Positions 25,165 to 33,350 of a DNA stretch of 64,000 nucleotides are shown here, piece after piece; the stretch's first letter is position 1, and every line of letters begins with the position of its first letter. The translations under genes and the position numbers were made by a program. Location of the stretch: assembly GCA_002269645.1 (NCBI GenBank), contig NIVC01002892.1:62001-126000 (forward strand), read 5' to 3'. Below the pieces are notes generated by a model that was not told the origin of the DNA, ran no database searches, and saw only the letters and a program-made list of their open reading frames with translations. The stretch is from Macrostomum lignano. Its lineage: Eukaryota.

Positions 25165-26173
25165 GGGGGGACATCACAAACCCGAAATATCACAAACCCG
25201 AAATGTCACAAACCCGAAATATCACAAACCCGAAATGCCACAAACCAGAAATATCACAAACCCGAAATGTCACAAACCCGAAATATCACAAACCCGAAAT
25301 GTCACAAACTCGAAATATCACAAACCCGAAATGTCACAAACCAGAAATATCACAAACCCGAAATGTCACAAACCCGAAATGTCACAAACCCGAAATATCA
25401 CAAACCAGAAATATCACAAACCCGAAATGTCACAAACCCGAAATGTCACAAACCCGAAATGTCACAAACCCGAAATATCACAAACCCGAAATATCACAAA
25501 CCCGAAATATCACAAACCCGAAATGTCACAAACCCGAAATGTCACAAACCCGAAATATCACAAACCCGAAATGTCACAAACCAGAAATATCACAAACCCG
25601 AAGTGTCACAAACCCGAAATGTCACAAACCCGAAATATCACAAACCCGAAATGTCACAAACCCGAAATGTCACAAACCCGAAATATCACAAACCAGAAAT
25701 ATCACAAACCCGAAATATCACAAACCCGAAATATCACAAACCCGAAATGTCACAAACCCGAAATATCACAAACCCGAAATATCACAAACCCGAAATATCA
25801 CAAACCCGAAATATCACAAACCCGAAATATCACAAACCCGAAATATCACAAACCGGAAATATCACAAACTCGAAATATCACACACCCGAAATATCACAAA
25901 CCCGAAATATCACAAACCCGAAATATCACAAACCCGAAATATCACAAACCCGAAATATCACAAACCCGAAATATCAAACCCGAATTACCATAACTCCGAA
26001 AACCAAAATAGTGATGACATTGCTAGAACATTCGGAGTTATGATATTTCGGGTTTATGATGGGCGTTGCTATTTTGTTTTTCGGAGTTATGATATATCGG
26101 GCTTGTGATATTTCGGGTTTATGATGGGAAATGCTTTCGGAGTTGTTATTTTTCGGGTTTATGATGCCGACCC
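25165..26173. mobile_element. Foldback-like element whose left arm is expanded into a 16-bp minisatellite (ATCACAAACCCGAAAT, ~50 copies, ~25172-25980)
   Basis: Left end GGGGGGACATCACAAACCCGAAAT. The right part has inverted copies ATTTCGGGTTTATGAT (~26045-26165) and ends ATGATGCCGACCC. Confidence 0.65.
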
Positions 26174-26563
26174 ACCGAAATTTTCCTGCCTACCCTTCCC
26201 ACTTTTTACAGCATAGAAAAAATATTGCCTAGACTAAAACTGGCTTTCGTGCACAAATAATGCCACTTATGTCAGTAGAGAGATTTAGCATGCACGGAAA
26301 TAGTTTGAATACAAAAACCACTAAATCATAAAAAACTAGCTTAAGAATCTGTAAAAAAATTTATGAAAATCGTTTGTGTATTACGAGCCAGTGAAACATT
26401 TAACTTAAAGTTGAATTAGTCACATTAATTGTTCGGAGATTGTTAAAAACTGCCTTTAAAATCTTCAATGCTTTTTTTAATAATTGCTTTACGAAAACGA
26501 AGGTTTCATTCAGGCTGTAGAAAATATTTCTATATAATCTAAGCTATCCCTTCTACAATCCCC

Positions 26564-26679
26564 AGCTCTGGTTTCTCTTCATTCCACGATTAAATCTTTC
26601 GCCTTTTACTAAAGATTTCCGTGGAGGGATACTTTTAGGAGAATTCTCTAGTTTTTGCAGGCCTTTCCTAGAAAGGCTT
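26564..26679 (+). ncRNA. U5: U5 spliceosomal snRNA gene, full length
   Basis: 5' CTCTGGTTTCTCTTC; stem AAATCTTT/AAAGATTT enclosing the invariant loop 1 CGCCTTTTACT (26600-26610); CCGTGGAG; Sm-like site AGTTTTTG (26650-26657); 3' hairpin GCCTTTC-CTA-GAAAGGC. Colinear with metazoan U5 as I know it; the ends are approximate. Confidence 0.92.
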
Positions 26680-26705
26680 ATTGGAAGTTGAATAGTTTAG
26701 ACTAG
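26611..26705 (+). repeat. 95-bp direct repeat DR1 = U5 3' half plus ~26 nt of downstream flank
   Basis: AAAGATTTCC...TTTAGACTAG, repeated at 33068-33161, 39519-39613, 45996-46090 and 52337-52431. Confidence 0.95.
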
Positions 26706-26897
26706 CCTAGCTTAGCTCTTGAAAGTACTTTAGTTAGCCTTCCATTCCACTGTACATTTGTTTTTATCTCTACCCCACCCCTAGTCTTATCTTGCAGTCG
26801 CCCCACCCCTCTCAGCGAGCGCACTTTGTGTGCCTCCTGACTCATTAGTTAGTTGTAGTTTAGGTTTAGTTTGAGTGTACCCAAATAATCACGCCAT

Positions 26898-29602
26898 ATG
26901 GCTGCAAATCGCGCCAGCGCTAAAAAGATGGACTGCCGGCCCTCTCTCGAGCACCGGTATCGTCCGAACGAAGCCTACGGTCGCCAGCTTCTTGGACTGA
27001 CGCCGACAGCTGAGCCATCGACTGCGAGCCCGCCGCCAGCAGGCCTGATGCGAGCTCGACGCAGTCTGGAAGGCCGCCACTCGATCAGCCCACCGGCCGG
27101 CGAGCTCTTGCGCAACGCAGAGGAGATCCTGCGAGAGAATGAGCAGCTGCCGGAGGCTGCAGGCGCAGAGGCAGAGCAGCGCATGTCTCTCGACTGCGAC
27201 GAGCCAGGCCAGACAAGCGCCCTGCCATCCAACGAGGCCGCAGCAACCACCGAGCCACCAACTGCCGAGTCCAGCGAGCTCAGTGCGGCAGCGGCAGCGC
27301 CGACGTCTGAGGAGCGCCAGCAATCGGCTGCAGACCAGGCCTCGACGCTGCCAAAGCCCCCTGCCGAGCAACTGGACGCTGACATCAGTCAAATCATCTT
27401 CCCTGATGAGCCTGACTTGACTGACTGTCAGCAGACGATCTACGCCAGCGACAGCACCATCATCTATGCGCCCAAGTTCCTGAGCGAGGTCGCGGACCAA
27501 GTCTACGAGCGCCTGATCACCGACCTGCTGCCTCAAGCCTTTCAGCATCGTCCGAGTGAGCAGCGCCGCGTCTACTGGATCGGCCCGTCGTACACCTACA
27601 GCGGGGTTGAGCTGAAGGAAAATCTAGACTGGCATCAGGTAATTGAAGACATTCGTGACTTCATTTACCATGATACCCAGTTCGATGTCCCGAAGTTCAA
27701 CTCCGTGTTGGTGAACTTCTACACCGAGCCGGGAGACCGGATTCCCTGGCACTCGGACGATGAGGATGAGCTCGGCGACAGGCCGACGATCGCGACCGTG
27801 TCCTTCGGCGCTGAGCGGCTGTTCATGCTGCGCCGTCGGGACGGCAACGTGACGCACCGCTTTCCAACGCTGCCAGGCTCGCTGATTCTGATGGCAGGAA
27901 ACTGCCAGAAACGCCTGCAGCACCAGGTGCCCGCCGCCCACTCTCAGAATGGCGTCCGCATCTCGCTAACATTCCGTGTCACCAAGCCGGAGCTGCGGCG
28001 CAAGCGGCTCTGCCGGATGACCCGACCTACAGCCAGCCGCTAAACGGCGGCCCATTCGGCGACGACCAAGGCGGTCGGGACGACGACCAAGGCGGCCACG
28101 ACGACGACCAGGGCGGCCGGGGCGACGACAGGCCCCAGGAGCGGCAGGCGACGGCGACGCGAGACCGCGAAGGCGATCGGGGTCGGCGCGGCCGTGGCGG
28201 CCACCAGCGAGGCAGGCGAGGAGGTCGCGGCGCGGCGTCCGGTGCGGCGGCGGCTTCGGCGGCTTCCTGGCCGGCCGGTGCGGCGGCGGCTTCGGCGACA
28301 AGCGCGCAGGCGGCTGCGGCAGCGCGGCCCTACGCGCAGGTTGCGGCGCGCCCTGCGCCGCCCAGAAGGCCCCAGGCTGCCATCCCGCCGATCGTTTTTG
28401 AGGTGCACCGGGACGCGGCCAACAAGCTGATGCAGTTCGTTGCCTGGCTGCAGACCAACTTTGCCGGCGAAGCTAGAGCCGTCAACACTGCGCCGATGGC
28501 GAATCAGCCGGCCTATCTCGTGTTCCCAGCGTCGGAGCGGGACTACAACGTCTTCCTGGGCGGCGCGCTGCGCGAGGAGAAGCTGCTCGAGCATCCCGTA
28601 AAGCGCCGTCCAGCCCGAGCCCGACCGCTGGACAACAGAACAGGGCCCGACAGAGTGCAGCAGCAGCCGGTACGCACCTTCGTCGCTACTGAGGTGCCCC
28701 TCGCATTCTCGGAGGCTGACTTCGCGACCCTGTTGCGCGGCACGCTCAAGCTGGACATTGTCAGCGTCCACAGAATCCGAGCCAGAGCGACTGGGAAGGC
28801 AACCCAGTTCGTGCGCATCTTCACAAAGTCGGCGATGACCTACGAGAAGTGCCTCCGCGATGGCATCTGCACCGACTTCTTGAAGTTCAACTGCGAGGAC
28901 AGCCGCACAGACGAGCCGGTCCGCGCTCTGCAATGCCAGCGCTGCCAGGAGTTCGGCCACCGCGCTGCTCAGTGTCGGGGGCAGCAGCGCTGCCGGATTT
29001 GCGGCGGCCAGCATTCCTGGAAGGAGTGCCAGCACGAGGGCCCAGCGGTCTGCGCCAACTGCGGCGGCTCGCACCGAACCACCAGTCGAGCCTGCACCGT
29101 CGCCAAGGCGGAGCACGACAAGGCGACCAGAGCGGCTGCTGAGGCCAAAGCCGCGGCGCGAGCTGCGGAAGCTGCGGCCGCTGCTGCCCCAGTGTCAAGT
29201 GAGACCGACGACGCCGCCGCCGACGACGACTCCGACAGCGGCTGGCTGATCCGCCGAGGCAGGCGCACGGTGCCGGTACCCGCCGCGATCCGGCCGCTTG
29301 TCATCGTGACCGATGATGCCAGGAGCGCTCCGGCGGCAGAGACCGAGTCTGATGTCAATGCGACTGCTCCGTCAGCTGATGCCGGCCAGGCGGTGCAGCT
29401 GCAGCTTAGTGACTTTATGTCGGTGGTGAGCATGCTGTTGCCCCTGATCACCCGCTCTCTGACTCAAGTGGTTGTGCAGGCCCTGTCCCGACCGCCTGGG
29501 GAGGTCCTCACTGTGGAATCAACCAGTAAAATGGTTGAGGACATTGTGCGGGCTGCACTCCAGGAAGTGCCGGGCATGGCTGGCATGACCACTGAGTCCT
29601 AG
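26898..29602 (+). CDS. ORF1 copy 1: AlkB (ALKBH2/3-like 2OG-Fe(II) dioxygenase) fused to a gag-like RRM/triple zinc-knuckle protein; 1-nt frameshift at ~28006
   Basis: AlkB at ~27459-27980: YTYSG, FNSVLVNFY, WHSD (H at 27750), QHQVP, RISLTFR. Knuckles CQRCQEFGHRAAQC, CRICGGQHSWKEC, CANCGGSHRTTSRAC. Copies 2-4 have CAAGCGAGCTC where this copy has CAAGCGGCTC. Confidence 0.9.
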
Positions 29603-29688
29603 TCTCAGGCAGCTAAACTCAAGACTTGAATTGAAACTTCAGTGCGTTAACTGTAGACTCAAACAATCAAACCACAGCCCTGAAGATT

Positions 29689-32469
29689 ATGCATTTAAAC
29701 TGCAGGGGATTCAACCCGAAAATCAGAGAGCTGACACAGTGGGTCGTCAGTCAGGAGCTAGACATTGCCCTCTTTTCTGAGACCATTCTCAAAAGTTGTC
29801 ACACTGTCCAGATTCCCGGGTACTCCATCATTCGGTATGATACCCCGCAAGTCAAACGCGGGCTTCTCCTTGCCCACTCTCCTCGCGTCAAACTCACAAA
29901 TGTGCGCTTGCAGTATGACAATGTCAACCATGAAGCCATCTCTTGCACCGTGAGCTTGTCTGACAACTCTGGTCCTGACTTCAATCTCGCTCTGGTGTAC
30001 AGGTCTCCAGCACCGTACCATCTGAACCTGAACCTACTCAAAAATCTTCTCTCTCGTAGGCGCAGTGTGCTCATGGGTGACCTCAATGCCAGACACCGCT
30101 TCCTCGGGGGTGACAGCAGCAACAACATGGCTGGCTACCAGCTGCACGACTGGCTGTCTGAGGGCCCCACCTCGCCCACCATTCTCAATCAAGCCGGTCA
30201 GTTCACCAGACTGGCCACCAAAAACGGGCTGATTTCTAGGAATGTCTTGGACCTCGCCCTGGCCACTGAGGACTTTCTCCCATTTGTGCAGAACTTTGAG
30301 GTGGGTCCTGACCTGGGCAGTGACCACTTACCTATAATCCTCACGCTCAATATTCAGTCGAAGAAATGGGCTGGTCCCCCCAGACCCAAAAACTTCTCAA
30401 AAACAAACTGGGACGAGTTCAGACTCAAAATCAGTGAAGCTTTGAGCTCAGATCAGAATATTAAATTATCAAATGCTGACCAAATCAATGCCGAAGTGGA
30501 TCACATCACAAAGGCCATTCACACCGTGATTGACTCCACAGTACCAGACTGTGGTGCCAAAAACGCCCTACCCAAGTACATCCTCGACCTGATCAAAGAG
30601 CGCAGACGACTCAGACGCCTCTTCTTCAGCACACGGGATCAAAATTTCAAAACCCAAGCAAACCAGCTCGCAAATCGCATAAAGAGAGAAATTAACTCCT
30701 TCCAGAATGGAAAGCTCACCAAAGTCTGTGAGAGTATTGTTGAAAACAGCAAGAACAAGAAAGTGAAGAATTTCTGGCATGACACTAAAAAGCTGATGGG
30801 CAAATTTAAGCCAACCTCGATCCCCAGCCTCACCCTGGGTCAAACAACTGCGCACACAGATCTGGAGAAGGCTAACCTTCTAGCCGAGACTCTGGACTCA
30901 AAGATGCGCCCAGTCCCTTCCACATGCGAACAGCTCAAACGTGAGGTGGCCGATGTGGCACAGCTCACCTCATTCTACCCCGTTCCTGAGGGAATCGAAC
31001 CCATCGAGACCCACCCACTTGATGCTGCATTCTCTGTGGCAGACACAGTGTGGGAACTGGAGCACCTCAGGCCTGATGGAGCACCCGGGCTGGACAAGAT
31101 TCCCAACTGCGTCCTCAAGCTGGGCTTAGAGGGGGTGGCAATCACGAGACTCACTAACCTCTTCAACGCCTGCTACGGTCGAGGGATTTTCCCCAGCGCC
31201 TGGAAGAAAGCTGTGGTGACAATGATCCCCAAGCCGGACAAACCGCCCGAACACCCCAACTCCTACAGACCAATCAGCCTGACCTCATGTCTGGGCAAAG
31301 TGTTTGAGAAGCTTATAGCAAAAAGACTCACCAAGCACCTTGAGGATAATAAGACCCTAGGAGATGACCAATGCGCCTACCGCAAAATTCACTCCACGTA
31401 TGACAACCTGTGCCGTCTGGCACAAGATGTCATGGTAGCAAAGTGCAAAGCTAAAAAGTCCGCTGCAGTCTTCCTGGATGCAGAGGCAGCTTTTGACTCC
31501 ACCTGGCACGACAAGATCAGGCATAGCATGCTCACCGATGGTTTTCCACCTATGCTCATGCGAATCCTGTCTGACTACCTGCGAGACAGACAGATCCAGG
31601 TTCGAATCGAGGGGGCCCTAAGCGATCCCCACACCATCCAGGCTGGCGTCCCTCAGGGAGGCATTCTGAGCCCTCTCCTGTACCTCCTCTTCGTCAGCTC
31701 AATGCCGACTCCCACCATCTCAAGCGTCAAACGCAGTCAATTCGCAGACGACATGGCCGTCTGGGCCTCAGCAGACACCTTTGCGGGGCTCCGAACATCC
31801 CTTCAAAGCTACCTCAGACGAGTCTTTGACTGGTGCGGTAAACAAGGCATTAGACTGAATGCCGGTAAAAGCAAAGCAATCGCTTTCAACTACAAACCCA
31901 CTAGGCGCATGGACTTGCGACCCAAACTGTATCTGGGGGACACTGAGGTTCCGTACTGTCAGGAGGTGAAATTCCTGGGTGTCCTCCTTGACCAGAGCCT
32001 CTGCCTGAACAAACATGTGGACAACATGGCAGATACCAGCAGAGCCATTGTAATGTCACTGTGCAGAATTGCAAAAATGACAAAGCTGAGTAGCACCACC
32101 CTCAGAATGCTGTACAGGGCATACGGAGAAAGCGCTCTCACCTACGGAGCGCCAATCCTGAGCCAAATCTGTGCGACTAACCAAATCAAATTGCAGAAAA
32201 TTCAAAACCTGGCTCTCCGTATCTGCTATGGTGTGCCATCCTACATCAGCATTGAATACCTGCACAAGCTGGCAGGTATGCCGATGCTCGCAGACAGGGT
32301 CAAGCAGCTGGGGGTGGCTTGGCTGCTCAAGATGAGGGCAGCCAAGCTCCACAGCTTCCACATTGAGCCGGAAGCCCCTCGGGCTCCGGGCCGAACCCCT
32401 GTCCTCAATGTCCTCTGGGATGCCATGAGGCGTCGGGAAAGAAACAGGGGATTCCCACCCCAGGGTTAG
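29689..32469 (+). CDS. ORF2 copy 1: APE endonuclease plus reverse transcriptase, intact, 926 aa, no RNase H
   Basis: APE: HLNCRG, FSET, GDLNARH, SDHLPI. RT: PGLDKIP, YRPISLTS, FLDAEAAFD, GVPQGGILSPLLY, FADD. Confidence 0.96.
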   Translation: MHLNCRGFNPKIRELTQWVVSQELDIALFSETILKSCHTVQIPGYSIIRYDTPQVKRGLLLAHSPRVKLTNVRLQYDNVNHEAISCTVSLSDNSGPDFNLALVYRSPAPYHLNLNLLKNLLSRRRSVLMGDLNARHRFLGGDSSNNMAGYQLHDWLSEGPTSPTILNQAGQFTRLATKNGLISRNVLDLALATEDFLPFVQNFEVGPDLGSDHLPIILTLNIQSKKWAGPPRPKNFSKTNWDEFRLKISEALSSDQNIKLSNADQINAEVDHITKAIHTVIDSTVPDCGAKNALPKYILDLIKERRRLRRLFFSTRDQNFKTQANQLANRIKREINSFQNGKLTKVCESIVENSKNKKVKNFWHDTKKLMGKFKPTSIPSLTLGQTTAHTDLEKANLLAETLDSKMRPVPSTCEQLKREVADVAQLTSFYPVPEGIEPIETHPLDAAFSVADTVWELEHLRPDGAPGLDKIPNCVLKLGLEGVAITRLTNLFNACYGRGIFPSAWKKAVVTMIPKPDKPPEHPNSYRPISLTSCLGKVFEKLIAKRLTKHLEDNKTLGDDQCAYRKIHSTYDNLCRLAQDVMVAKCKAKKSAAVFLDAEAAFDSTWHDKIRHSMLTDGFPPMLMRILSDYLRDRQIQVRIEGALSDPHTIQAGVPQGGILSPLLYLLFVSSMPTPTISSVKRSQFADDMAVWASADTFAGLRTSLQSYLRRVFDWCGKQGIRLNAGKSKAIAFNYKPTRRMDLRPKLYLGDTEVPYCQEVKFLGVLLDQSLCLNKHVDNMADTSRAIVMSLCRIAKMTKLSSTTLRMLYRAYGESALTYGAPILSQICATNQIKLQKIQNLALRICYGVPSYISIEYLHKLAGMPMLADRVKQLGVAWLLKMRAAKLHSFHIEPEAPRAPGRTPVLNVLWDAMRRRERNRGFPPQG

Positions 32470-33067
32470 GCTGGCTACCAGCCTTCCAAACCGGAAGTGA
32501 CCACGCTCTGAAACGCAACTAATAAAACTAAACTTGCTGCCTGAGACAGAGATCGGTTGATCAGTCATTAGGACTGATTAGGTAATCTCTATGTCTCCTC
32601 GCGTTTCTTTTTACAATTTTCCCAACTGTGTTTTTTACCCAACTGCTCTACAAATATCACTAATTGCTTTTTTACACCTTTACTATATTCATTCTATTTT
32701 TACAACTAAATTCAAATATGCGCTATTGCATTTTAATCTCTTTTTTTTACTTAAATGTCTTGCTTTTATTCTCAATAGGCCTTCAAATATCTAGCACGTA
32801 TTTTTTAGATGTCCTGTTTTTATTAGATCCCTTCTTTGTGCGGGATTTCCCTCCCCTCTTTTTTATCCCCAAATGCGTGCAAAATACTGCAAAATATTGA
32901 AAAATAGTTTTATATATGTATATTTTTAATTTCAATATTCGTATTAAATATTCAAATCGAAATCTTGTAAATATTTTTAATTCTTTCGATCAAATACAAA
33001 ATATAACTGCGGCAGAGTTCTTCGGAACTGACCCGCGCCGGTTTCGACGGCACCTCGTTTTAACAAC

Positions 33068-33161
33068 AAAGATTTCCGTGGAGGGATACTCTTAGGAGAA
33101 TTCTCTAGTTTTTGCAGGCCTTTCCTAGAAAGGCTTATTGAAGTTGAATAGTTTAGACTAG
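33068..33161 (+). repeat. DR2: orphan U5 3' half (94 bp) between copies 1 and 2
   Basis: Matches DR1 apart from one substitution and a 1-nt deletion at a site polymorphic among DRs. Confidence 0.93.
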
Positions 33162-33350
33162 CCTAGCTTAGCTCTTAAAGTACTTTAGTTAGCCTTCCAT
33201 TCCACTGTACATTTGTTTTTATCTCTACCCCACCCCTAGTCTTATCTTGCAGTCGCCCCACCCCTCTCAGCGAGCGCACTTTGTGTGCCTCCTGACTCAT
33301 TAGTTAGTTGTAGTTTAGTTTAGTTGAGTGCACCCAAATAATCACGCCAT

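Larger units (their letters stand above)
26706..33067 (+). mobile_element. U5-associated AlkB-LINE, copy 1 (non-LTR retrotransposon, I/Jockey-group architecture)
   Basis: 5' UTR, ORF1, ORF2, ~600-bp 3' UTR ending in a structured region and AACAAC, then DR2. The 5' boundary is ambiguous (26611 if the DR belongs to the element). Confidence 0.92.

Noticed and set aside
26480-26563. Proximal sequence element (snRNA promoter) upstream of U5
   Set aside because: One is expected by position, but PSEs are lineage-specific and I cannot identify a motif from this single locus.
26621-26628. GTGGAGGG resembling the 3' end of a twister ribozyme
   Set aside because: The rest of the twister core is absent, and the motif is explained by U5 stem 1 (CCGTGGAG).
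26898-28043. Treating the AlkB ORF as a separate host ALKBH3 gene or a third element ORF
   Set aside because: Its stop in copy 1 results from a 1-nt deletion at ~28006. Copy 3 shows AlkB and the zinc knuckles in one frame, and the domain is inside every mobile unit.
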